From the NCBI GenBank assembly GCA_000002445.1, contig CP000069.1, positions 1,024,001 to 1,088,000 of the forward strand: 64,000 bases of DNA, in the 5' to 3' direction. Within the stretch, counting starts at the first letter, position 1, and each line of letters starts with the position of its first letter. The position numbers were made by a program, and so were the translations under genes. Source of the DNA: Trypanosoma brucei (taxonomy: Eukaryota). Shown piece by piece: positions 1-11,603 of the stretch. The notes under the pieces are model-generated. The model ran no database searches. It saw only the letters and a list, made by a program, of their open reading frames with translations, and was not told where the DNA came from.

Positions 1-1446
1 GTGCACGAGGGGTACGTGTCCACGCACACATTAAAATACGCGAGCGCAATAAAATAAATATGTGTAGGATATATATAAATTTATATATGAAAAAAAAAAG
101 AGGGAATAAATTTGTAGTGTTGACGCTGACAAAAAAAAATTGAAAAAAAAATTATACGAAGCTTACAAAAAGGCGTTAAATAGGATGTCCCCACCAACAT
201 CGTGTTCCACCACAGGAATCAAAATTATGAAATTGAAATAATTTCGCCGTCGGTTCTCGGATTGCACTCGCGCATGATCTAACAACAATCAAACATAAAA
301 GAATCATTGCAAAGAAAAAGATAATAATGATAATAATAAAAACGAAGGTAAATCCAGAAACCGGAGAAAACGATATTAACGGAAGCTCTCGAAGGTGATG
401 TGGACTGTTTCCCAAAGAATTTAACATTACATAAAATTTTCCTTTTTATTTAAGTGAATTCTCTCTTTTCACTGAAATTTAGGTATTATTAGTGCTAACT
501 ACCATTTCCTCCTTTTTTTTGTTATGTTATTTCTATTTGTGCCTTTGCCTTTGAGTTTTCACTCCATGAATTCCGCAACACGTGCTAACATACTCTCATC
601 CATTTGATAATGATTTTTTCTTTTTCTTTCTTCATTTAACACTCAGTGACCTCTGTACGGCTTTCCTTCCATCTTAACAGATTCCTTCCATTTACCCCGT
701 CTTTCTGATTTCGTAACTGCTTGTATTTTATTTTATTTTATTTCTCCTTTTCACTAACTTCACACACTTATTTTTTTTATATTTTTCTTTGATACAATGC
801 TGCTGTTATAGTCATTGTTCCCCCTTTTTCCCATCGTTTTCACACCTTTTTCAAAAAAAAAAAAAAGGTCATGTGCTGCTTAACTGCTGGGGGAAAACAA
901 TGGCTGAAGAGGATGTGAATTCCTCCCCTAGCATTCATAAAAATAATAGTAATAAATGAAATAAAAAGTAATTTCTTTTGAACAATTAATATATAAATAT
1001 ATTTATATCCTCCGTTCATCGTTTTTCAATTATTATTTTTATTATTTTTATTTGAATTGCCGTCATTAACTACTCATTTTCAAGAAATGTGTTGACCTTC
1101 GCTCTTGAAGGTGTTTCCGTTTTGTTTGAGTACAAAATTGCAGATAAATCGCTTTCTTTTTTTTTGTTTCGTCTTCTCCCTTTATTCAATTTCTGTATGT
1201 ACTTCTTTTGTATTTTTAAAAAATATATAAATATATATATCTTTTCTCGATTTCAACAGACATTTGCAAAGGGAAGTGTAATGAGGCGAGGCGGGAGGGA
1301 GGGAAGGAAGGGAAGGAGTTTATGATGATGATGAGAGGAAAGGAAGCAGCACGACACCGTAACTGCAAAAATATCTCAAAGGTGAAAAAAAAATTTAATA
1401 AAAAAAAGACATAAAACAAAGCAAACGGAAAAGTAGAAAAAAGCTT

Positions 1447-1462
1447 CCCCCCCCCCCCCCCC
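1447..1462. repeat. C16 homopolymer
   Basis: Direct reading. It lies in the otherwise AT-rich 3' flank of the RRM-protein gene. Confidence 0.95.
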
Positions 1463-3645
1463 AACAAAAGACAGTGAGGATGCTCTCAAAAAAAAAAAAG
1501 GGAAAGAAAGGAGAAAAAGAGGGAGGAGAAGTCATGCAACAAAAACAACAATAATAATAATAATGAAACAGATAATTTCGAAAAAAAAAATTAAAAACGA
1601 TAAGGAAATGAAAAAAAATTTAGGTACAAAAGACAATGAAAAAAATGTAAAATAACGACTTTTACAACACCAAGAAGTTGTTTCAGAATAATATTGCAGT
1701 GACCATATTAATAAATGCAAACACACGCTTGCATGAAGACGTTGTAGCCCCCTTTTCCTCTCTGTTCTATTCCCTTATCATCTCCTTTTAAATCCGTTCA
1801 TCCATTCATTCATTCATTCACCTGTTTAAACATTTAAGCATTTACTTGATACGTCTTTTTCTTTCCTTTTCTTTACAATAACACGAGACTTTCAGGAGTT
1901 ATCGGTGAATTAATTTCCCAGTTTGTGCGAAATGAAATTCACTAACAGAAGAATTTTTAAAAATTGGAAGCATTTCTTCATTGCCATTTAAGCAATAAAT
2001 GGAGAAGCAAAAAAAAAAAAAGAATGAATAATACATTTTAAGAAAAAAAAGGAAAAAAGACTCTGAAGGTAAATAATAGGAGAAAAACGATTTGATGGGG
2101 GTTTCTGTACAACCTCATATCGTTTTAACCATATTTTAATTGCTTTCTCGGTCTTTCGAGTGTAATATTGTTGTAATATTTATCATTTTTGTTTTTTGTA
2201 TAACATATAAGTCACCTTTGTGTATTATTATTATTATTATTACACCTTTGCTTTTACTCCCTTTTACCTCTCTGTTTCCATTTGAATAACCCCTACCTTT
2301 TCTCCCCCTCCTCATAACACATGACGGAAATACATAAAACCTGCGCAAAAACGAGGTAAATTATAATACAAATACACAAGAAAAAGATTTATTTATTATC
2401 TTTTTAAATAATCCTTTTTTTTTATTTGACTCTACAACAGAATAAAATGAAATTGAAACAGCAAACAAGGATGTATCGACAAAAAAAAAAACAGAGTATT
2501 TGAAACGAAGACACCCAGTTTGTCGTTGTTTCCTGTATTTCATTTTCAAAAAAAAATTATTTATTTCGTCTCTTTCTTTTTGGTTAAACTCTTTTTCATT
2601 GCCTTTCCCTCACCACAAAGGTATCATAATTGCTACAATAACAGAAATAACAGCAACAGTAAGACTAATAATAGTAAAAACAATAATAATTGCATTCATT
2701 TTGAGCAGTGCTTTATTTTTTTAAAAAAAAACTTATTGTTTTTTAATTTCAATGCATTTCACCTCTATTTCTTCTAATTTCCCCCACTCCCCTTTTAATT
2801 CCTCTTTTTTAAAAATGAATTGGGTGCGTTGTTTCCTTACTAACTTTTGTTCTCGACTTTTATTTTTTTTCCCCCCTTCCATTTGCTCATTAATTAATTA
2901 ATTCTCACATTTGATTGACTGATTTATTTATTTATTCACATTAAAATAAAAAAAATCGATTTGTTCCTTGTGCGTTTTCTTTACTTCACTTCGCTTAACT
3001 TCACCGCTCGAAATGGTGCAATGCAAACCCGCGGGAAGAAAAGAAAAAAGAGAAAAAAGTTACCGTAATTATTTCCTCTTCTTTTCTTTTAGATTTGTTA
3101 CTATTTTTTGTTTTTTTTCCGATCCTTCCCTATTTTTTTTTTAAAAAAGGACAAAACAATAAAAGGCAACCCCAAATACTCCTTGGTAAAAAACGGAAAT
3201 AAAATAGGAAAAGACACATTTCCACATTTCCCCTTTTAAAACACACATGCGTAAACACCGCAGCATGTGGAACAAAATATTTTAAAGCTGCTTTGCAAAA
3301 AAAAAAATTTTATCCCTCAACACAAACATTTACACATATATTCGTAAATTTATATGCTCAAGTTTTTGTTTACTTTCCGTGGGATTTTACTCATTTCGTT
3401 ACTTTGTTCAGTTGTTTCTTCTGTTTAAATTATTATTTAAATATATCCTCTTAGGTTGATTTCCCTCATAATTTTCACACACATCACCAAGTACCGGGAG
3501 GGATAAAAATTAAAGGGAAATTTTTTTTAAAAAATAAGTAAATACAAAACTAGCATTAATAATAACAATAATAAAGAAGATATCACATGAGAGGAGGAAA
3601 AAAGAGTCAACAACAGGGAGGCTGAAACCCTCACCCCACCCCCCT

Positions 3646-3694
3646 CACACACACACATACACACATATATATATATATATATGTACGTATATAT
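3646..3694. repeat. compound (CA)n(TA)n microsatellite
   Basis: Direct reading: cacacacacacatacacacatatatatatatatatatatgtacgtatatat. Confidence 0.9.
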
Positions 3695-3973
3695 TGACAC
3701 ATATAAAACTATAAATAATCACATAACTTAGCCACGCCCCACAATTCTTATTATTGACTGTTTTTTTTTCTTTTCTTTTCCCCCCTCTTCCTCTTCTCCT
3801 TCTATTCTCTTTTTAACACACGCACACCACAACACCGCAACCATACGCCGCCGCCGCCACCGCCTTCCCCTTCGTTTCAATAGCCTCTGGTGGAAATGAC
3901 CATTATCACACAACTGCTGCTGTTATTGTTGTTATTAATACTATTTGTATTAATACTATTATTAATGTTACCA

Positions 3974-5017
3974 TTACCAGGGTCCATATACAAGTGTTCG
4001 CTGTGGGGGAAGTGGCACGAGTGTTGTATCCACCGCAGGCACTAAAAGAGCAGTAGGTGGCGCATTGAATTTAGTCGGGTGCAAGTTAACAGCATTGGGA
4101 GTGAGAAAAACCTGTTGTCCATTGCCCAGCACAAGTACACCATTGGCAGCTGGACAATCTGCAGTTTGTAACGGCACAGTTGCAGCAGCCCCGTCATAAC
4201 TCATATCAACTGGCAACAGTGGCGGCATTGCTGTCACTGGTGAGGTTGAAAAATATAACGGTTGCGCCCGAGGTTCTACCTCCACCATCGGTGCCACCAT
4301 TTTCGTTTTCGTCACATGATGTGCAGCGGGGGAACATGATGGTGAAGTTTCCGTAGCGGATTGCGACACCTGAGTTTGATTTAAACTCACAACACCGGGC
4401 CGTGGAGGCGGGAACAGGCAAGCGCCCTTCAGCGCAGGTCCGGGTGCCAGTCGTCCCTCTTCACGCCGCCGTCGTCGCTCACGTTTCGCCTCGTCGGTAT
4501 CGGCATATTTAACCATGATGGGAGGGCCTCCGAAGTGGTTGGAGTTGCCGTGTAATTTATCCAGCACCCGTTGGGCGTTCTGAGGGGTGTCAAACTCAGC
4601 GTAAACAACCCAAACGGGATTGCCGTGATGATCTCCACGCATTGCGCAATACTCAAGAGGGGCGAGGTTTGAAAGGAAATTTTGCACCTCCCGTTCCCCC
4701 ATGGTGGTGGGGATATTTCGGATATAAACTGCCCGTGATGGTAACGTGACTGCTTTGCCGTTGTGTTGTGAAGGATAAATGAGGAGGTTGAAGCTGCTAT
4801 TGCAGACACGCACGAGTTTGCGGTTGAGACGTTCATAAGCCGTCCTCCCTTCCTCCTCCTTATCAAAAAGTACAAAACCAAATCCTTTGCTGTTGCCAGT
4901 GGAGGGGTCTAACATTATCTTAGCACCAAGTGGGTTGAAATTACTAAAAATTTGAAGCAAGTCACCGTCACAAAGGTGACGTGGTAACTTTGCTACGAAC
5001 AAATTACTGTACCACAT
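3974..5017 (-). CDS. RNA-binding protein with two RRM domains (DRBD-type)
   Basis: 347-aa ORF; ATG at 5015-5017 checked on the sequence. RRM1 lies near the N-terminus with RNP1 KGFGFVLF. RRM2 has RNP2-like VYIRNI and RNP1-like VWVVYAEF. A basic KRERRRRREEG linker follows, then a Pro/Thr/Val-rich low-complexity C-terminus. Confidence 0.8.
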   Translation of the reverse strand: MWYSNLFVAKLPRHLCDGDLLQIFSNFNPLGAKIMLDPSTGNSKGFGFVLFDKEEEGRTAYERLNRKLVRVCNSSFNLLIYPSQHNGKAVTLPSRAVYIRNIPTTMGEREVQNFLSNLAPLEYCAMRGDHHGNPVWVVYAEFDTPQNAQRVLDKLHGNSNHFGGPPIMVKYADTDEAKRERRRRREEGRLAPGPALKGACLFPPPRPGVVSLNQTQVSQSATETSPSCSPAAHHVTKTKMVAPMVEVEPRAQPLYFSTSPVTAMPPLLPVDMSYDGAAATVPLQTADCPAANGVLVLGNGQQVFLTPNAVNLHPTKFNAPPTALLVPAVDTTLVPLPPQRTLVYGPW

Positions 5018-8000
5018 TAACGCTTCTGGTGCTAAAGTGTTGTTGTTGAAGTGGAGTTTTTTTTTATGTTTTGTGTTTCCTGCTTGTGCTTGTGCTTGTT
5101 CTTGATGGGATAACGATGTCTGTCCTTCCTTATGTTTTCTTTTTTCCTTTAACTCTTACCCTTTTCCGATTTGTTTAATATTATTATTTTTTTTCCTTTT
5201 TCACGTAAACGTCTTTTTTTTTTCAATTGCTTTCTTCTTCTAATCTTTATACCAACCCCTTCTCCCCTTGCGCGAATGGGGTGGATCTATTATTTTATTC
5301 GTCCCTTTTCAAAAAAAAAAAAACAACAACAACAACTGGGCACCCCGTTTTTTACCGCTTTTGATTGCTTCTCCCCCCTTTTTGCTTTTCGTTGTTTTTA
5401 TTCCGTATATATTTAAATATTTATGTATTTAAATATTTAGAGGTGTATAAATTGTCTTTGCTATTGCTCCTTTTCTTTTTCCTTCCTTCGTCTCTTTCTT
5501 GTTTGCGTATCTCTGTTAGTTGTTCTTTTTTTTTTTCTTGAGGAAAGGGATGTGTTGGGTCCCGTTTCTATCAATCAAGAAAGTGATTGATCGATGCAGA
5601 AACGACACGAACCGTCTAACCTCTTATTTTTCTTTTTTTCCCTTCTTCTTCTTCCTTTATTCCTCTTTATTTTTTTTGTTACTTTTGTTCTTTTTGCTTT
5701 TAAACTTGTGAAGAGTTTTCTATTATTATTATTATGATTTTACTTTCCCCTTCTTTTTTTCTGGTTTCCAACCTAAAGGCAATAAAATTGTGATTTTCGT
5801 TTGGTAGGTTGTGCGGAGTATCTCAACAGGTCCTGTTGGCGCTCAATGACGATCCCACCACCACGTGATTCACCTAAAAAAAAAAAATTAATTTAAAAAA
5901 TTTGCCTTTGCTTATTTATTTATTCCTTTTGGGTTGCCTACGCTTTTTTTTCCTTTTTCCTCTTTCCTTTATTGGCTCCAATAATCTCCTTTTTTTTTTG
6001 TCTTCCTTCCCTTATACAAGACGGGAAAAAACTGTGATTTGCCCGTTTTTCCTTCTTTAATCCTTTTTTCTTTTTTTAAAAAAAACAAAAAAACAAATAT
6101 ATATTTATATATGATTGATCTTATTTTTTTTTCCCCCTTCCCCCTAATTTTTTTTTTTGCTTCGTCTCCCTTTTACAAGCCTTCTCCCTTCAATCTGGTC
6201 AAAGCTGTCTTTTTCGATATGTTTTTATTTTTTTTATTTTTTAGTTTTGTTTTGAAGGAGAGTACAAATAAATAAATAAATAACAAAGACATTTAAATTA
6301 ATGAAGTTAAGTACAAGCAGAAAGGAAGAGAAGAGAATGGAATAAAATAAAAATATGTATTGATTGCACAATAGGTGAAATTCACATATATAAATGTAGA
6401 AATAAATGAATGCATGTTTTTATGGGGGAAATATATATATATATATATAACAAAATATGATATAAAATAAAATAAATAATATTAAAATATTAAGTTGTTT
6501 TCAATTTCAAATACAATTACTTAATAAATCTCTACAATTCACAGATTTTAATTAATCGCCACATCGCATAACGCCACAACATACAGAAATGCACACATGT
6601 ATGTGTTCAAAACATATGAAATATATGCTTCTAAGAAAAAATTTAAAAAATGTATATATATATATATATATATAACTATATGATTTCAACTAAACTATAC
6701 TTGTGCTATTTAAAGTGAGGGAGTGGGGGGAAAAAAGAAATGTATACAGACGAGTATATATTTATATATATACATATATAAATGAAGTATTATTCTTCAG
6801 GATAGTGGCAAAATATAAACAGACGCCAAAGAGAAAGATTTGGGTGCAGCATTAAGCAGTGAGGCAAGTGAAAAAAAATTTAAAAAAAACATTACTCATT
6901 TTTTTTTAGTTTGTTTTTTTTTTCTTCGATGATGTGTCTTTTGACGAGAGGGAATAGTGAACATAATATAAAAATAGACTTCAGTAACACAAAAAAAAAG
7001 TGAAGAAGAAAGAAAAAGAAAGGGGAAGATACGTGGGATGAAACGAAAACAAAAAAAATCTGAAAATAGGAAAAATCAAATGAAAAAAAAAACACCAAAA
7101 AAAAAAGGAAAAGATAAAAATTAAAAAAAAATCGGCACAACATTAAAAACACACAAACAAAACGGAAATTTGAAAAAAAAAGAAAGAAATAGAGAAAAGA
7201 AGATTGATGAAAAGAAAATTAAACAAAATTGGTCAAACACACACAAACAAACACACGCATACATAAATACATAAATACATACAACAAAAAAAAAAGGGCA
7301 TCGGGTAACGGGGTACTAATTATTATTATTATTATTTATCATTATTTTTTCCTTCCCTTTTGAAGCATCATTTCATTTCATTTCATTTTGTTTTTTTTTT
7401 CGTTTTGATCCTTTTGTTTCATATCCAGTGCCCAAAATTTTTGTTGCCTTCTAATCATTTCTCGAAACCCACAAATCCTTTTTTCTTTTTTTTCTTTTTT
7501 TTTTTTAAAAAAAAGAAGAAGAGTTAAATATAAAATAATAATAGTAATAGTAATAATAATAAAGAGTCCTCTCTTCCCACATTTTCGTTCTTTTTAAATT
7601 TAATTTAATATTATTTTTTCTCTCTTCAGTGGTGCGCATAAAAAAAAAAAAAAGAACACATGAAAAAGTAACTTCTCCATAATTGGGTTGAATTTCAGGA
7701 GATTTCGGAACGAAGAGGTATCACACAAAAATGAAAAATAAAAAGTAAAAAAAGTAAAAAAAAACAAAACAAAAAAGAGAGAAAGAGAAGTGTGAAAGAA
7801 AAGAAGCAAAAAGGTAAAAAAAACGGGTTTGAGAGTAATGAAGTGAAGTGGATATGAAGTGATTACGTCTGAACACGTAAAAGGTCACAAAAAAAAGGAA
7901 AATATTTTTTAAAAATAAAAATGATGGAGAATTTGAGGGGAGTGGCAAAAAAAAAACAAACAAAAACACACACACTTCCTTCCAACTTTCTCCCTACCCG

Positions 8001-8346
8001 TATAAATAAATATCTCATATTTGCTTCATTACTTCATTTCACTCATTTTATTTTACTTTTTTTTTTGTAACTCTCGTCTTTTCGTCACTTGTGTATCATT
8101 ACTCCGATAACATTTCATTTCCCTTCCCCTTTTTTTTCTCTTTCTCTCTATCTCTATCTCTTTTTCTTTTTTTAATTTGTTCCTTTTTATGGGTTCTCTT
8201 TCAGGCGATGGCACAAAAATAGTAATGATACCGATGGAAGTGTAAACAATAACAAAAAGAAAAAAAAAGAAAAAGAAAAAAAACCGAAAAAAGATGACGG
8301 TACCATCGGCGCCATTTTTCTTTTTTTTTTTTAAAGGAAGCAGCAG

Positions 8347-8403
8347 TAATAATAATAATAATAATAATAATTGTAGTAGTAGTAATTGTTGTTGTAGTAG
8401 TGG
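8347..8403. repeat. (AAT)8 then degenerate (TAG/TTG)n trinucleotide repeats
   Basis: Direct reading. This accounts for the spurious poly-N/S ORF at 8294-8488. Confidence 0.9.
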
Positions 8404-9375
8404 TGTTGCTTTCTTTTTTTTTCTTCTTTTGTGTAACATCAACATCAGAAAAAAAAAAGTTCTTTTACAAAAAATTATTTTTTTTTAAAAAGAAAAAAAA
8501 AGTAACACACAAACACAAACACAAACACACAAACATTTTAAGGAACGAAAAGTCGTAAAAATATTATCCAGTAATGCAAAATGAAGTGACACTTGCAAAC
8601 TTCCTCCTGTTCCTTTTCCTGCTCATGTCCTTTTGTTTTCCCCCATCCCTCAGCCCTTTCCTTTTTTTTAAAAAAAATTACAACACACACAAACACACAA
8701 ACACATAAATATATATATATATATATAAAGAAGTCCCCACTTTTTTTTTAAAAAACTCTTTGTAAAGATCAAAAGAAAAAAAAAGAAAAAATTACTATTT
8801 TTATTCTTATTGTTGCTATTTCTTTTTTTGGTTTGTTTGTTTGCTTCCTGTGCCTGATTGTAATTTTTTTAAAAATTTTTTCCCTACGTCACCATTATAT
8901 TCCCAACATTTGTCACATCTCCTTTTTCGTACCTCTTCATGTTCGAATTGGCGAAATCAATGCGAGAATATAAATAAATAAATATATTTATCTATTTTTT
9001 TTTTCCTTCTTCAACTGTTTCAATAATAAATTTTTTGTATTTATTTCTTTCCTTTTTTTTTGTTACTTTTGCTTCCCCCTTCTTTTTTTTCTTTCCTCCA
9101 TTATAACTTGCAGTGCCTCCATTTCCTTTTCCTTTTTATTTTTTTTCATTCCCATTTCTTTACCTTTCATCATCATCATTTCTTTTTTCTTCTTTTCTTC
9201 TTCTCACGTTCCGCTGTCATTTTATTTCTTTTTATTTTTATCATTTTCGAGTAAACCTCCGCCCCCCTCATCTCAACCACAGTCCCATCATTAATTCTTT
9301 ATTATTTTTTTTCCTTTTCTCTTTTTTTCTCTTCTCTTTTTTTTTCTTTTCTCCTCCCCATACCAAAAAGAAAAA

Positions 9376-9415
9376 AAAACAAAACAAAACAAAACAAAAA
9401 TAAATAAATAAATAA
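9376..9415. repeat. (AAAAC)5 followed by (TAAA)4; a similar (CAAAA)6 recurs at 12549-12578
   Basis: Direct reading. Confidence 0.9.
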
Positions 9416-10462
9416 TTTTTTTTTTAAAAAGAAGATCTCGACGCGATTATCCTCGTGGGGAGTCGTATCATATCGAAAAGGAAAGGAAAAAAAAAGAAGA
9501 AATGCGGGAGAGGTGAATAAAAGATAAATATATAAAAAGAAAAGATGAGGAGAACACATACAAAAAAACATAAACATACAAAAAAAATTAAAAGAAATAA
9601 AAAGAAATGGATGAAAAGGTTCAGATATGGAAAAGAGGAAAGGAGACACCAAAGCTCAAACATTAGGGGAAACAAAAAAATTTTTAACAAAAAATAAGAA
9701 GAACAGATACAAAAACTAATGAGGGAAATATTTAAAAAAAAACAACAATCACACAAACGCAAAGCATGAAAACAATAGAGGAGGGGGGAATAATAAAGGT
9801 ATAAAAAGAAACAAAAAAAAACCAAATTTAAAATAAAAACAAAGCAGAAAGAAGAAAAAAAGAAAAAAAAAGAGAAATCAAAAAAAAAAAAAACAGATGC
9901 CTCCTTTGCATTTACTTAAGACCCTTCAGGACAGATGCGTTGAAAAGGGCATCGTATTGCATTTATGTATGTTGTGCGTAGAAATAAATATGGAAATAAA
10001 TGAAGAGAAAAGGAATTAACGAAAAGTCGTAACGCTGTAAATAAGGAGAGAATCCCCCTCCTTATGCATTCTTCGCTTATTGATGTAATGCTTCAATTCG
10101 CTTCATTCGTTGAATCAAAATATATATTTTTTAAAAATTGTTTCTTTCTTTCTTTCTTGCACTGCACTCTCCTTTTCCTTTACTACTTCATATTTTCCCA
10201 TGACATCACATACATGCATAAATGCACACACATGTAAATAAACCAACTTATATTTATATATTCATAACACACGGTACAGTACAGTGTGATGCCCGAAATG
10301 AAAAAAAAAATCAAAACCAAAAACAAACCAAAAAGAAAAAAAACATTGAAAGAAGGAAACAGAATAAATCAACGAGTGTTACGGATTGGAGGCGAGAGAA
10401 GGTAAAAGTACGCGTGATTAATTATAAAACAAAAGTGCAGGTGAGGAAAAATTAGTTATACC

Positions 10463-10486
10463 GATGATGATGATGATGATGAAGAT
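10463..10486. repeat. (GAT)7 trinucleotide repeat, non-coding
   Basis: Direct reading. Confidence 0.9.
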
Positions 10487-11580
10487 AGTTACAAAGTGGA
10501 AGCTAAAGGTGACGTGATAATAATAATAATAAACAACTGAGATATATATTTAAATATAAGTTAGAAATAAAAAAGAAAAAGAAATGCAGCGAAGCTCACA
10601 ACGAACAAAAAAAAAAAGAAAAAAAAGCAATGATTCGACCGAAACAATGAGTGAGTGTGAGTAGGAAACAAAAGAAAAAAAAGATATAAAGAAAAAAACA
10701 AAAAGGAACCATGAACAAAAACTGCGCGGATAAATAAACAAAAAAACAAAAACGATATCACAAAAGGGTTTGTATGATCGCGGTACTCTGCGGCAACACC
10801 AGCATCATTTATTTTCTCCTTTACGGTACGCGCGCCAGCAAATGGCTTGTCAGACTTTTTTGTTGCGCATATATTTTTTTTAAAAAAAGGAAAATTGAAA
10901 AAACAAACCTAAAATTAAAACTTTAATATGAGAACAACAACAAAAAAAAACGAAGATGATATCAAAACAAAAATAGGACCCTCATTGCCCATTGAAAAGT
11001 AAACTAAAATATTTAAAACATAAAAAACAACAGCTTAAGGTCTGATACTGACAGAAGAAGAAGAACAAAAAAAAAAAGAGAAATAAGAGCAATCTGAAAA
11101 CTTGAAGTCGAGCCTTCGCACCCTTAATAGTAATAATAATGATATTAATAATGAAACTGTGCGGTAACTTTCCCTCACCTCTCTTCCCCATATTTATGTT
11201 TTCTTTTTTTTCCTTTTAATTAGTCATCAGATCCTTTGGTTTTATTATTATTATTATTATTTATATTCCTTCTTTTATTTCTCTTCATTTCATTTTTCTC
11301 ATTTATTCTTCTGGTTACCTATCTGTTGATCTATTGATTGATTCATTTTGCATCGCTTTCCTTTTCCTTCTCTCCTTTTCTTTTGTGCTTTTGCATATTT
11401 TTTTATCTCTTATTCTCCTTTGCATTTTTTTTTTTGGTAAAGTGTGGAAAGGGAACTAAGAGGAATTCCTTTTTTAAAAAATAAAAATCCCCTTTCCCAC
11501 CTAAACCTCATATCTCAATTACGTTTCTCCTTCCTTCCTTTCTTATTTCCTTTTTTGTGTCTTTTTTTTTCCATTAATTT

Positions 11581-11603
11581 CCCCCCCCCCCCGCCCCCCT
11601 CCC
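11581..11603. repeat. C12-G-C6 homopolymer tract followed 40 bp later by (TA)10 at 11641-11661
   Basis: Direct reading. Confidence 0.95.

Noticed and set aside
176-3913. Small ORFs in the left 3.9 kb, for example 176-427, 1089-1325 and 3728-3913
   Set aside because: They lie in AT-rich low-complexity sequence, with products such as IIIIIIFFF runs and RRGRRWRRRR. They are most likely a 3'UTR or intergenic region downstream of the RRM gene.
10455-10545. C/D-box snoRNA-like arrangement, with ATGATGA near 10463 and CTGA near 10533
   Set aside because: The 'C box' is simply part of a (GAT)7 microsatellite. A (TAA)n run follows it. There is no terminal stem, and no guide-like unique sequence in between.
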